From Sminthopsis crassicaudata (taxonomy: Eukaryota), in assembly GCF_048593235.1 (NCBI RefSeq), contig NC_133619.1:273496454-273560453 (forward strand): a DNA stretch of 64,000 bases. The letters run 5' to 3'. The position numbers and the translations under genes were made by a program. Each line of letters starts with the position of its first letter. Position 1 is the stretch's first letter. This document shows positions 50,011-63,239 of the stretch, piece by piece. The notes beneath the pieces are model-generated. The model worked only from the letters and a program-made list of their open reading frames with translations. It did not search any database and had not been told where the DNA came from.

Positions 50011-51529
50011 TACATATGGATTTTCTCTTGACATAGCATTGGTATCAATAAATAACACAGATTGACCATCTGTTAATTATCTTATTTTTGTCATGTGATA
50101 AATCTATTTTTTCACTCACATTTTTAAAGACAACCTTTATTGTGTTCTGGTTCAATTTGTTGTAATGTTTTATAGTTTATTCACATTTATAATATACCTT
50201 TTCACTGTTCACTAGGGTCATAATCAAAGAAGGATTTCCTATAGATAGTGAAATCTTAGAAGCATTCCTATTTTCAAATGACATTATGCTAAAATTAATG
50301 AAGCCACAGAATGTCAAAAAGACTTTTAGAAAAAATTCATAGTTATTCAAAAGATTTTGGCTTGACTATTTACATAGAAAAAAATCAAACAAATGAAGAA
50401 TGCTTGTCTATAGAATAATTATAAAGTGCTTAATACAGTATCTGGCACATAGTAAAGGCTACATAAACTACTATTTATTATTATTGTGTGCGGGTACAGT
50501 TCATTTTTCAGTATATTATATCTTGGACAGACATTGTAAAATGGAAAATTTGTTGTGACCAAATTTGAAAAAGAGGGATAGCATGAATTGGCTGTCTTTG
50601 GGAAGTTCTAAAATTCTTTAATGACCCCAAATTTCCCCCGAAAAAAATGCCACACTTTTAATATTCTGCTATTCTACTATTCTACTAATATTATATGATA
50701 GGGACTCTTAGAATAACATAATTTTAAGAATGGAAAAATCACTCTGTAAAACTTAAAGTACTATAGGACCACCAATTATCATCATCCTTCTCTTCCTCCT
50801 CCTCTTCTTCTTCCTCCTCATCATAATCACCATACAGAAAATTCCAATATTCTTCCAGTAATATACAACTACAATTCATGAAATGCTGCAATCTTGGAAA
50901 AATGAGAATCACTGAAAGGATAATGGAGAAGTACATGGTGAATATAAGCAGGCTAGACTGTAACATGTGACAAATGAAGAACAAACATAGAACAAACACA
51001 TTAAAGAAATGTCTACATGAGGGGAAAACAGACTGTCACATATATAAAGAACTATGAATAACTGATAAATTTCCTCTTTCAAATTCCCCTATTATGTCCT
51101 AGATATTACCATCCTTTATAGTCAAATTTATATAGTCAAATTGCCAAATTTTACCATTTCTATCTTCACAAAATTACATTATATTTCTGGAATAGAGTCA
51201 ACATTTAATAAATATTTGTTGATTAATTGATCATAAAAAATATCCAAATAAACAAAATCAAAGACCCATTTGAAGATTTAAAACATTTACCTTCTTGGTT
51301 TCAATATCTATAACATTAATGGAGAAATTCAGACAAAGAAACTGAGACCAATGGGTATTTGATTTTCTTAAAGTAATTCAAGAAATTAATATTCCACTTC
51401 TAGTTAGAAGACAGAATTCAAATCCGGGTTTTCCAACTCCAAATCCAGACATTTTCCCTCCTTAGCACATTAAGAAAAAGCTTGAGTTAATGACTAGACT
51501 CAGAAGAGGACAGAAAGTTTCCTAGAAGC

Positions 51530-52670
51530 AAAGAGTGCATGTTTAGCACAACATAGTAGAAACAAGCATTCTGGCATGAGTCTAGAAAGATAGGATGGTA
51601 TCTGATTCTTGAGGGCTTTGGAAATCTGGCTAAACAGTGTAAAACTTTAATGACCCATTGAAAAGTCTGAGCAGATAGTTTTATGCATAAGTATATGGAA
51701 GCAATAGACAGATTTCAAGGGGGAAGAGAATGGAAGCAGGAACATGTATTAGGAGAATAGATGAAAATCTATTGTTCATCTTTCATTTTCTTAGAGGACC
51801 AATATCATTCCAGGGTCATGTCTTGACTTGCTCATGAATTGGATTTAAGTAAGGCAGAGTTTCAAGAAGTCATCAGAATTAAGTCATTCGAAGTCATTGT
51901 AGTCCAGAGGCAAAATATAAGTCAGGATGACTGGTAATGACTCAGGATGCAGAGGATGACTTTGATCTTTTTTATGTCTGTCCAAGGCTCTAAGCACTCC
52001 ACAGCATTTGCTACAGACGCATTCATGGCCATTGGAATAAATTGTTCTCATCCTGCCATTCCATCATGGGAAATTTTTTATGAAGGTACTGGCAATGGCA
52101 ATAAAAAGAATAGGGTAGAAGTAGATATTGTGGAGGTGGAATTGACAGAACTTGATAATTCATTATATATAAGAGGTGAGGGAAGCCCAAACTCCCTGGA
52201 GAAACAGGGTAAATGATAGGACTATTAGAAAGTCAAAAGGAGAAGCAAATTGAGGAAATAAAGATAATAAGATCATTCATGAATGTGTGGAATTGGAGAT
52301 CATAATGGGATATCCAAATAGAGATATCCAGTTTGAGATACATAAATCTGGAGTTGAGAAGAAAGATCTCGAGATGGAGATTTGGAAGTCACCTATTTAA
52401 CAGTGATATTTGAGGTATTATGCATAATGAGATTGCCAAATGGGAGAGTGCAAAGAAAGAAGGCTATGGAAAAACAATAGAGGACATGTTAAAGGACTAA
52501 AAAAGATGCTGAGTTTTAGCAATAGAGACAGAAAAAGGATGTTCAAAGTGAAAAGAGAACCAAAAAAGTTTTTGAAAGCAAGGGAAGAGAGAATATCCAA
52601 TTAGGAGGGATCAACTCCATCATAAACTACAGAGGTCAGAGAAGATGAAGACTTCTAATAGTGATTAGTT
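51530..52670 (-). mobile_element. L2 LINE fragment containing a nested RTE-tailed SINE (about 51770-52075)
   Basis: Reverse L2 (gggggaagagaatggaagcagga...ggtagaagtagatattgtggaggtggaattgacagaacttg) interrupted by ttgttcatctttcattttcttagaggaccaat...caagctctaagcactccacagc...aattgttctcatcc. Confidence 0.8.
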
Positions 52671-52679
52671 ACCTTAGAA

Positions 52680-52845
52680 TAAGAATTCTTAACCTAAAAA
52701 GTTCATGAACTTGGAAAAATTATATCTTATCTTTACCTATTTCTAATTGAAATTTAGCATTTCCTTCATTTATGAATGTAGGCAACAAATGTTATTCTTA
52801 GAAAGGTTTCACCAAAATTCCAGAGCACAAAAATAAGTTACGAAA
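52680..52845. mobile_element. hAT-Charlie-type MITE fragment
   Basis: ttcttaacct...gttcatgaactt...attgaaatttagcatttccttc resembles marsupial hAT MITEs. Confidence 0.5.
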
Positions 52846-53616
52846 AGTTTCAGTAGAAAAATTGGCCCAGAGGAAGGCAAAGGATTGAGGGGGGAGAGTG
52901 GGGAATGAATAATAATTAAGTAAAGGCTTTGAGTATTGATAAATGTTTCAACAATTTTCATGATTACAAGGTTCAGAAAAAAATTTAAATGAAGAGACTA
53001 TTTTTGCTTTGTTTTTAGAATCAGGAACACCTGAGCATAAGCAATGGGAAGGAGCCAGCAGATTTTATAATGTACTTCTTATAAGGCTTTGGAAAGAAAT
53101 AGTAAGTATAAATGCTCCTGGGGTATATTAAGGGACAATAGTTTACAAAGATAGATTCCATAGAGATATTCTTTGGCATTGAAACATAAGCAGCAAAAAG
53201 TGGGGAATGCTCGATGATTTTAGATGATTCTTGATGTCAAACTGAACAAAGCAATTATTTTACACTGAATTTTTGAATGTTAGAGCTAGGCTCCAGCTTT
53301 TTAATCTGTGGTTCGAGACCCCATATGGGATATCATAAATGAATGTGGAGGTCAGGAATGATGATTTGTTATCAGTATATGTTTGATTTGTTTATACATA
53401 CCCAGACACATATACACATATATACAAATACACACAAATATTTTTATAAAGGAAATCAATTATATTGAAATTCAGTCTTCAAAATATTTTTTAAAACTAC
53501 AACAGAAACCAAGAACTCCTATATCCACACCCTTATTTTAAAGATGAAGATATTTCGTATCAAAGGTGGATCATTTGTTCATGGATTTACATAGCTTGAC
53601 AGAAGAGTCAATGTTG

Positions 53617-53618
<2 letters not shown>

Positions 53619-53672
<54 letters not shown>
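53619..53672. repeat. (AT)n microsatellite, about 27 units
   Basis: Perfect atatat... run. Confidence 0.98.
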
Positions 53673-53695
<23 letters not shown>

Positions 53696-55029
53696 AGCTA
53701 CAAAATGTTAGTGAGAGTGGCATTTTATGTATTATCTGAATCAAGCAAAGAAATACATGAAAAAAAGATGTTGCCTTCTACTATGAAGAAAATTAAAGAA
53801 AAAGGGGTGAAGTTGAGCAGGTTTTATCGATTTACCTAGTAAAGGCATCATGGGCTATTCTCTAGACATGGAATCATGTCATCTAGTTTGGCATAAATAC
53901 AAAATGATTGGACTGGGAAGTTTTCCATTCATAGTACAGAGTTCAGTCTGGGCCAGGAGATATCTGTCATTTGCACTACAATAAAAAAGAAAAAAAAAAA
54001 AAGGTATTTGACATGTAAAGACTCTCAGCACAGTGGGATATTTAAATATGAATGCTAAGTTACTGGAGCACAGCTTTACAATTTTTTTGACTAAAATGTT
54101 GTTTAGTCAAGAGAAGATAATACCTGGTCATTGTTGCCTAAAGGAAATCATTGTATTGCCTTCTTCCTTTCCCCTTATCATCACCATAGGGCAGAAGAGC
54201 TGAAAAATTGAAAAGCTGCAACCCATGTGGAAAAAATTAAAAATTCACAAGTTTTACAAATTGGGAAATTATGAGATCTCCTATCATAGTTTAGTGTAAA
54301 AAAAGAAGATCTGGATTTACAATCTAAGTCTCCTACTTATTCTTAGTGTGACCTTAGACAAATTGTTTAACCTATATAAAAGTCCATTTTCTCATTTATA
54401 AACTGAGGACTCAACTATGATGCTGTATCAAACAGATGTAGCTCAAATAGCACAGGAACATGTGTGTATACATACACACATGCATACGCACACACACACA
54501 CACACACATACATACCCCTTTTTTGTTTTAGACCCCAATTACTTCCAAAAATACCGTACCTCCCAACTTGCCCTTGTAACAAAGAAAAACCATTAAGTAA
54601 AATCAACCAGCACTATGACCAATTTCAATTTCAAAAATATCTCAACAATATTCAACAATGTATATGATTTTCTATTATTTATTTTACCCCAACCAAGGAT
54701 ACCTTAAGAACAATTAAAATTTATCCTATTTTTCAAGAGCCATAATAGCTCTTAATAATAATCATAATCAATTCCCCTACAAGCATGAAGCTAATAATAA
54801 TAAGTGTTCATATGTAGCATAGGTTGATTTTTAAAAGCAGTTTTTTTTTTAATGAAAAAGGAATCTCTTTCTGATTCTTGATCACATGAGATAATATTCA
54901 GAAAGTGGGTATCATAGTGTCTAATAAGTAGTGACTGCTTAATAAATGCTTGTTCTCTTCTCCTTCTCTTCTGGTTAAAAAGGAGATAGTTACAACATGT
55001 GCCTTATCCTCATTCTTGTAATGATCCAT

Positions 55030-55270
55030 GGGTACCAGCATTTCAGTTTTTAACATTTTATGTGTCAATGAACCCTTTGTTAATCTAGGGAAGCCTATGA
55101 AACTTTTCTCAGAATAATGCTTTGTTGGATTTTTGTTTTAATAATTGAAGGAAATGATGAATTTCAGTTAGAGGTTAATGAAGATAAATATGTAATTTTT
55201 TCCCACCTAAGATTCCTCCAGAATCTTTCCAGAGACCTCTTGGTGCTCAATGGACCCCAGATTAAAAATG
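55030..55270. mobile_element. hAT-Charlie-type MITE (MER20-like)
   Basis: ttttaacattttatgtgtcaatgaaccctttgttaatctagggaagcctatgaa...ttctcagaataatg...atttcagttagaggttaatgaa...ggaccccagattaaaaa. Confidence 0.6.
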
Positions 55271-55304
55271 TCAATAGAAATCTTTGACCTGACACAAGCA
55301 AGAA

Positions 55305-56327
55305 TAGACGAAGTCAAGATGGAAGATTAAAAGAGAACAATTGCAAAAATATCCCCTATATCCTCTTCTATAAAACTGACATAGAAAATATTAAACCAAA
55401 TTCTAAGTGAAAAAGCCAACAAAAAGTCAAAATGAGTCATTTTTTCCAGCCTAGGATATAAAGACACCAGGAGTTCTAGACACTAAGATGGGAGCTGGCT
55501 GGGAGAGTGATTTGTCAGGGTGAAGAAGCACTGGTTATGGGCCTTTCACGATATGGCAGTGGTAGAAGTGGACAACACTAGGAATACCTAGCACACATGG
55601 GAAGTTAAAGGAACTGAACTCCTGCTCAGAAAAATATTCCAAGGGAATGTGTAATAACACTGAGCATAAGAATGGGAATTATTTTGCCTCTCTATTACCT
55701 ATTAATTCATTCTAGGTCACAGTTCCAGGATGGAGGAGAGCAATTGCAGTTATCTGGAGTACAGGCCCTACCTGGGTAAAGTTCAGAACATAGACTAGGA
55801 GGGCAGTTATCAAAGGTCTCACTGAATCACATCACTTCGGAAACATCAAAAACTTGCAGGCTCCCACACCTAGCTATGAAAGCAGGAGAAGTACAGGAAA
55901 GACTTAAGTCTAGGCCAATCATTCCTCACCCCTCCTCTAGAGGTGAGCAGAATCCAACTCTAACATAGAATCCAAAGTTAGGAAACAGTTTGAAAAAATG
56001 ATCAAATAATATTTTCAAAAAGCATAAACCTGATCATAAAAAACTATTGTGGTGATAGGGAACCTCAAGATACAAATTCAGAAGAAGACAATGACTTGAA
56101 AACATTTACAGCCTCAAAGTCACAAAGAAAAATGCAGATTGGATATAAGCCCAACACATTCCTAAAACCATTAACAAAAGAGATTCTTTAACAACCAAAA
56201 AAATCTTATATATACAAGCAGTAGATGAAAAACTGGGAAAAGAAATTAGGGATATGAAAAAAAAACAGCTTGGTAAAGGAGTGTCAAAATATTAAAGAAA
56301 CTAACTCCTTAAAAATAAGAATTGTCA
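55305..56327 (+). mobile_element. Older L1 5' UTR plus the start of ORF1, decayed
   Basis: gaagtcaagatggaag head. ORF1-like sequence from about 56000 (aaactattgtggtgatagggaacctcaagatacaaattcagaagaagacaatgac) ends at aactaactccttaaaaataagaattg (ETNSLKIRI, the L1 ORF1 coiled-coil motif). Confidence 0.7.
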
Positions 56328-58772
56328 GAGGAGTCAGAGCCAAGGTGGTAGAGTAAAGGCAAGAATTCACTAGACCTCTACCCTGAACCACTCCAAATTC
56401 CTTTAAATAATGACTCCAAACAAATTTTAGAGTGTCAAAACACCCAAAAGATGGAGTAGAACATATTCCAGCCAAAAGCAACTTAGACGATCAGCAGAAA
56501 AGGTCTATGGCACCAGGGAGGGAATTCAGCACACAATTCTAAAACAGACCTCACCCCCACAACCCTGGACCCAGCTCCAGCAAAACAGGACTTATGGATT
56601 AGCAGCAGCATTGGCAATTTCTATACTTCTTAACCCAGAGACACTAAGACAACTTGGAAATCAAAAGAAAAGTTTTGTCACTAGGGTGACAAGAGTGGGA
56701 ATGGGCAGTGGTAGCAGTGGCAGCTTGCCCTCAGCTCACAGAAGATCTCTTTATTAATATTAAAGCAGGATTCTGTTGCTTTAGTACACTAGATCTTACA
56801 GTGGCAGTGGGACAGGGACACTCCTTACAGCTTCAAGGTCAGAAAAGAAAGCTTGTGGTTGGGTCCCTAGAAAGAGCTCTCAAAACAGCTGCACAGAACC
56901 CCTAAAGCTAGGGACATTGCAGGCTCCACTCTGAAAACAGAGCCCTACTTTAACAAACAGTTAAAAGCCCCGTAATAGGTCAGGGGAATGAGCAAAGGAC
57001 AGAAAAGGTTTCTAAACATAAAAAGTTATGGTGACAAGGAAGATCAAAACACATACTCACAAGAAGATAATAAAGTCAAAGTTCCTATATTCAAAGCCTC
57101 CAAGAAAAATAAGAATTGGTTTCAGACCATGAAAGGACTCTACAGGGATTTTTAAAACTAGGTAAGAGAGACAGAGGAAAAATTAGGAAAAGAATTGAGA
57201 ATGTTGAAAAAATACAAATTATTAATGACAAGAATGCTTTAAAAAACAAAATTGGCCAAATGGGAAAGGAGGTACAAAAGGAAGTAGGTACTAAGGAAAG
57301 TAATTCTTTAAAAATTAGAATTGAGTAAATAGAAGCTAATGGTTTTATGAAGAACTCAAGATACAATGAAGCAAAACAAAAAAATAAAATAAAATAGGGG
57401 GAAAATGTGAAATAGCTCATTGGAAAACCAACTGACCTGGAAAATAGATCCAGGAGACAATTTTAAAATTATTGTTCTACTTAAAAGTCATGATCATAGA
57501 AAAAAGAGCCTGGACATAATCTTTCAAGAAATCATGAAGGAAAACCGTCCTGATATTCTAGAACTAAAGAGTAAAATAGAAATTGAAAGAATCCATCAAT
57601 CACCTCCTGAAAGAGATCCTGAAAACTCCTAGGAACATTACTGCCAAATTCCAGAACTCCCAGGTCAAGAAGAAAATATTGCAAGCATTCAGAAAGAAAC
57701 AATACAAGTATAGTAAATTCTCAGTCAGGATAAGGCAAGATTTAGCAGTTTCTGCATTAAAAGACTAGCGAACTTGGAATATGATTCCAGAGAGCAATGG
57801 AGCTAAGATTATAATGAAGAATCACCTACCCAGAAAAACTGAATATAATACTTCAGAGGAAAAGGTAGAAATTGAATGAAATAGAGGACTTTCAATCATT
57901 CATGATGAAAAGAACAGAGATGAATAGGAAATCTGAAGAGGGGGTGAGGAAGTAGAATGAGTAAACCAAAGAGGGAAAAACATACACACTCCATATGGGT
58001 ATATAAGTCTATCATACCCTGAAGGAAAGTAAGAGGGGAATGGGTTATGGGAAGGGAGAAGGGGGATAAAAGAGAGGACATTTTGGGGGAGGGAATGGTC
58101 AGTAGCAAAACACTTTTGAGGAGGGATAGGGTGAAAGAGAAAGGAATAAATGGAGGAATACAGTTAACAATAGTAATTAAATAATAAAAAAATAATTTTG
58201 AAGCAAATTTCTTTAATAAGGCCTCATTTCTCACACACAGAGAGAACAGTCAAATTTTTTATAAAATAAGAACCATGTCCTAATTGATAAGTGATCAAAA
58301 CGTATGATCTATGATCAAAGGGCTATAAATTCACACATATCTTTTGACCTAATGATACTACTATGAAGCAGAAATCCCAAAAGATATTTTTATAATGGAA
58401 AAGAATCTATATGTACAAAAATGTTTATAGCAGCACTCTTTTCAGGGCAAAAAAATTGGAAATGAAGAGGATGCCCATCAATTGGGGAATGAATAAATTT
58501 CGATATGTGATTATGATGGAATATTTTTGTTCTGTGGGAAATGATGAACAGGATGCTCTCAGAAAAGTCTGAAAAGTCCTCCATGAATTCCATGAAAAGT
58601 CCAAAGTGAAATGTACTGTGTACAAAGTAAGAGCAATGTTCCAGGATGATTAGCTGTAAATGTCTTTGCTATTCTCAGAAATACAATGATCCACAACTAC
58701 TCTGAAGGATTTATGATGAAAAATCCTAATCATTCCCAGAAAAGGAACAGACTGATACAAACTGAAGCACTC
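56328..58772 (+). mobile_element. L1-derived element: 5' UTR, frameshifted ORF1, spacer, then only the ORF2 C-terminus and 3' UTR (HAL1-like)
   Basis: Head gaggagtcagagccaaggtgg. ORF1 pieces include KKSLDIIFQEIMKENRPDILE...IEIERIHQSPPERDP and TPRNITAKFQNSQVKKKILQA...VRIRQDLA. At about 58195 the sequence jumps to ORF2 C-terminal residues (aaggcctcatttctc, attgataagtgatcaaa) with no endonuclease or RT in between. Confidence 0.85.
56988..57935 (+). pseudogene. L1 ORF1p (RNA-binding/chaperone protein) remnant with multiple frameshifts and stops
   Basis: ORF-track pieces 57116-57328, 57420-57632 and 57583-57768 translate to recognisable marsupial L1 ORF1p motifs (NSLKIRI; SLDIIFQEI.KEN.PDILE; ERIH.SPPERDP; PRNI.AKFQ). 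Confidence 0.88.
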
Positions 58773-59005
58773 NNNNNNNNNNNNNNNNNNNNNNNNNNNN
58801 NNNNNNNNNNNNNNNNNNNNNNNNNNNNNNNNNNNNNNNNNNNNNNNNNNNNNNNNNNNNNNNNNNNNNNNNNNNNNNNNNNNNNNNNNNNNNNNNNNNN
58901 NNNNNNNNNNNNNNNNNNNNNNNNNNNNNNNNNNNNNNNNNNNNNNNNNNNNNNNNNNNNNNNNNNNNNNNNNNNNNNNNNNNNNNNNNNNNNNNNNNNN
59001 NNNNN
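58773..59005. other. Assembly gap hiding the 3' end of the L1-derived element
   Basis: N run. Confidence 1.
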
Positions 59006-60379
59006 CCAAGATCCTTCCTTTTTTCTTCCATAAATACAAGTGCTCATGTAGTAACAAGTGAGACCAGCACAGAGTAGAATCTCTCAGATCTGAGAAAGTG
59101 GGAAATTACTTCACTAGGTGCTTTTTATAGTGCCAGTGGGATGCTAGTGATCAAGAGACTAGTGCAAAACCTTCTTGTTATGCATGAAAACAAAGAACTT
59201 TTTATATTCATAGTACCTATGTGACAGGGGCTACTATCCATCAGCACCTCCTAATTCCCATTTAATTTGTATTCCTATATACTCAACATTCTATAAACTT
59301 CTCATTAGAACTTCTATTTTCTTCATAAACCCTCTTCTTTCGATAGAGCAGCCTGTCTATAACCAATCACAACCATCCATTTACATCTAGGATCTGTCAC
59401 TCAGTCTTCAAAAGACAAGTAATAATTAGTAAAATCTCTCACTCCTTTACAATTATAGTTTCTGGAGACTGGGTTACTATATGTGCTATCCTGTATCTTT
59501 CCAGAATCTGAGTCCCTTTGCCATTATAGTGGTTCACAGATTCTCCAGTTGCTACTGCTTATAAGTTATCATCTTTCAACATAGTCCTATAATTTCCTGA
59601 TTAGCTCAGGAATTATTTATTTATCTTTAGTTCTGCATCTTCTTCCTCTGTGTATTCCTATAGACTCATAACTCTCTTCTCTTCAAAAACCACAAAGGGT
59701 TATTTATATTGACTCTTCTTCCCAGAAACTCAGAGCTTTTAATACATCTTAAAATTCATATGTTCTCTTATGAGGAACAAGTGGTTAAGTCTGAGAGATA
59801 TTATCATCCATTTTGATACTGAGAGAATGTCATTTGATTCATGGGGTGGTTTTTTTGAGGGAGCAGTGACCATGGTTAATTTTCTGTGAAACTGGGCAAC
59901 CTTCTTTCATTTGACTATTTTTTCAAAAAATATAGCTTCTTGGTAGTCTCTTATTGAGAATTTCAACTAAATGTTTAGTATATTTTTAAAAATCTTAACC
60001 TCATCTCATATATTTCAAGTAATATTCAATACAAATTCCTATGAACCAAAGAATTTGAGAAATTTGGAACAGGATTTTATCAATAGTAATATTTTGTACA
60101 AGTAAAAAGAGCCTCTGAGTCAAAGATGCCTAAGAGTTTTATAGCTAATAATTAGATCATATAATAGATCAAATAATTAATAGATCTAATAAGTCATCAT
60201 AAGATCACATTAACATGTGCCAAGTATAATATAGAAATATAGAAAAAGGAAGTAAATGCTTTGTCCAATTGGACTTTTCAAACTGGATATTCTACAGATA
60301 TTCTATATTTATATAAAAACCTGAATTCATCTTCTCCCACCCAAAACAAAAAAACAAATAAATAAATAAATGGAAACCC

Positions 60380-61000
60380 CTGCCTTCTTCTGAACTTCCA
60401 TATTCTCACAATCATCATCACTTACAACTAGGTATTATCCTCAACTATTCACTCTTTTTCACAACCCACCCAATTTCAATTGGTTGTCAAGTCTTATCAA
60501 TTCTATCTTCATAACATCGCTTATATAAATCACTTTCTCTCTTCAAACACTGCTTCCACCCTGGTGTAGTCCCCCATCACTTCACATCTGGACTATCGCA
60601 TTAGACTTCTGATTGATCTCATTGCCTCAAGTCTCTTTCCATTCCAGTCCACCCTTCATTCAGCTGTTAAATTGATCTGGCCATGTCACCCTCCTATTCA
60701 GTAAATTCCAGTGACTCCATGTTACCACCAGGATCAGATAGAAAGTGCTCTGTCTGATATTTTAAGTTCTTTATAATCTTCCTATCTTTCCAGTTTTCTT
60801 CTACCATTTTCCCCCTCCTTGTACTTTGCTGTCCAATGATAATGGCTTTGCTGTTCCTCAAATAAGACACTCCATCTCCCTCTCCCTTACATCCAACATA
60901 ACTGACATGCTCTTCATCTTAATCTCCATATTCTGAATTCTCTGATTTTCTTTAGGTCCCACATTCTACAAGAAATATTTCACAATCTATTTCACCTTCT
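60380..61000 (+). mobile_element. L2 LINE 3' region
   Basis: gtcaagtcttatcaattctatcttcataacatc...ccaccctggtgtagtcccccatcacttcacatctggacta...ccattccagtccacccttc. Confidence 0.85.
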
Positions 61001-61019
61001 ACAAGACATTTTTCATAGT

Positions 61020-61245
61020 TCATCCGTGGATCTAAAGTTGGGAAGATTTGAGTTAAAATCCAGCTTCAGGTGTTTACTAACTCTGTGATCTTGAGCAAGA
61101 CTCCATTTTTGTTTTCTTCAGTTCCCCTATGTAAAATGAGGGTAAAAATAGCATCTATCTCCCAGGAGTGTTATGAGGATAAAATGTGATATTTATGAAG
61201 TTTTAGAAATTCTTAGTGCTATATAAATGCTCACTAGCTATTATC
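61020..61245 (+). mobile_element. MIR-family SINE nested in the L2 region
   Basis: gaagatttgagttaaaatccagc...ctgtgatcttgagcaag...tgtaaaatgagggtaaaaatagcatctatctcccagg.gtgttatgaggataaaatg. Confidence 0.85.
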
Positions 61246-61479
61246 AGTGCTTTCTTTCTAAGAATAATTCCAATTTACCTTGGCATATCCAAGTCCCTTG
61301 TTTTATTTATGAGATCGAGAGGGTCAATATGATTGCCCAAAGGCACACAAGGTCACCCAGCTTTTTAAAGTGATTCAGAGAAACATGGCACTCAGGGATA
61401 TGAGATAACCAAGTTAACTACTAGACACACTAGATTACCTTACATGAGAGGAATTGACAAGGGCAAGGGAAAAAACACA

Positions 61480-62200
61480 TGCTTTCAGAGTTTAGCAGTC
61501 CTACATCTCCAACTGCTTATTGAAAATCTAGAACTAGATGTCTTACAGACAACTGAAATCTAACATGTCCAAAACTGAACATATGGTCTTTCCTCTAAAA
61601 CACTCCCCTGTCAGGAGTACCACCATCCTCTCAGTCACTGAGGTTTGAGACCTAAGTAGCCTCTCCAACTCTACAACTCACCTTCCATTTCCAATTAGTT
61701 GCCCAGTCCTATCATTTCTACTTTTGTTACAAACATTTCTCATAAGTGATCCCTTCTTTCTTTTGACATTACCGTCACTCTGGTGCAGTCTCTGTTGACT
61801 GAACTATTGCAATGCATGCTGTTTGGTCTCCCTGCCTCAGTTCTTTGCCCACTCTAGTTCATTCTCCATTAAACTATCAAATGGATCTTCTTTAAAGCAT
61901 ATCTGACTTTATTACATGCCCTCCATTCAATTAACTCTAGTGGCTCTCTATCACCCCAGGATCAAATATAAGATCATTTTTTATCTGTTAAAGCTCTCTA
62001 CAATCTGGATTCCTTCTACTTGTCCAGTCTTCTTATGCCTTGCTCTTCCCATCCCTGACTAATGTTCTGGCCCACTTGCTGTTCCACACACTTTATCTCC
62101 CAGATCCTTGAATTTTCATTAGCTGTCTCACTTCCTCATTTCCCTCTCCTAACTTTTCTGACTTCCTTTATGCCTTAGCTTTCTTACCTAGCTTTAATCA
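61480..62200 (+). mobile_element. L2 LINE 3' region (second copy)
   Basis: tccaactgcttattgaaaatc...tctaacatgtccaaaactgaac...gaactattgcaatgcatgctgtttggtctccctgcctc...tcaccccaggatcaaatataa. Confidence 0.85.
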
Positions 62201-62267
62201 CTTAATGGGTGTTGCCTCAATCAACCTGTTAAAGACCTTAGCTTTAAAAAGCCAATATCTCCCCCCC

Positions 62268-62450
62268 CAGTCCAGAGCCATCTCCAGTCATCCTGGTTTT
62301 ATCTGGCCACTGAACCCAGATGGCTCTGGAGGGAAACATGAGGCTAGTGACTTTGCTTAGCCCAACTTTCTTTAAATCCAATTCATTTGCATATCATGGT
62401 ATCAGCTTTCTGATATCAGAGTCCTCCTCAAGATTGAAAGACAACAACAA
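62268..62450 (+). mobile_element. RTE-tailed SINE, 3' part
   Basis: catctccagtcatcctgg...ggccactgaacccagatggctctggaggg...gtgactttgc...aaatccaattca...ctcctcaagattgaaagacaacaac. Confidence 0.85.
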
Positions 62451-63239
62451 CCCTGAGATCAGGGAGTGTTATTTGCTTTTTTGCTATCCCCTGTGCTTTT
62501 CTGGCACATTGTAGGTGCTTAATAAATGCTCACTGATTGGCTCTTCCCTTTTCTGTCACTCTACTCCTATCACTGGTAGAAGCACAAAATTATCAAATAC
62601 AACTGAGGGCCTTTAAAAATCATAGAAATAGAAGACAGGCGGGAAAGTCTTCAAAAGATTGATTGAGGGGGAAGGGAGAAATTACTATCAGAAAAGTAGA
62701 TGTCATTAAAAGGATGCTCCTCTTAAGGAACAAAGCGATGAAGGCATGAATGAGTAATGCATTAGTTAGGGTCTTAGAGTGAAGCAGCAAAACAGATGGC
62801 AATAACTCACCTTTAATGTGATTTACATGGTTAAGATTATATTTGTTTCTGATGCTGAACCAAAAACTGATGACAACCATCACTCCAAACCTCTTGACAG
62901 AGAAGTGATATACAGATAGAGACATTTTTGGGGGGACAGGAACAATTTAAGAATTTGCTTGGTTTGACAATATGTGTTTCTAATAGAGATTTTGTTTTTC
63001 TTTCTTCCTAACTTTGGATTATTGGCTGAAAAATTCTAAATTTATTAATTTCTTTGGTTTTTTATTTAAAATTAGATTTGAATTTTCTAATATTTCTGAA
63101 TGGGAAGATTAGTGAACATACATGTTTCTTAGCACCAAATTGTACTTTTAGAAAAATAACTCTAGAAAACAATCGTAGATAAGTATAAATAAGCAAAAAT
63201 ATTAAACCTTATCATAATACAATTAAACCTTATCATAAT

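Noticed and set aside
434-62925. Most ORF-track entries (60-156 aa)
   Set aside because: They overlap SINEs, LINEs, microsatellites, poly-T/A tracts or N gaps, have low-complexity composition, and match no protein family I recognise. This number of short ORFs is expected by chance in 64 kb.
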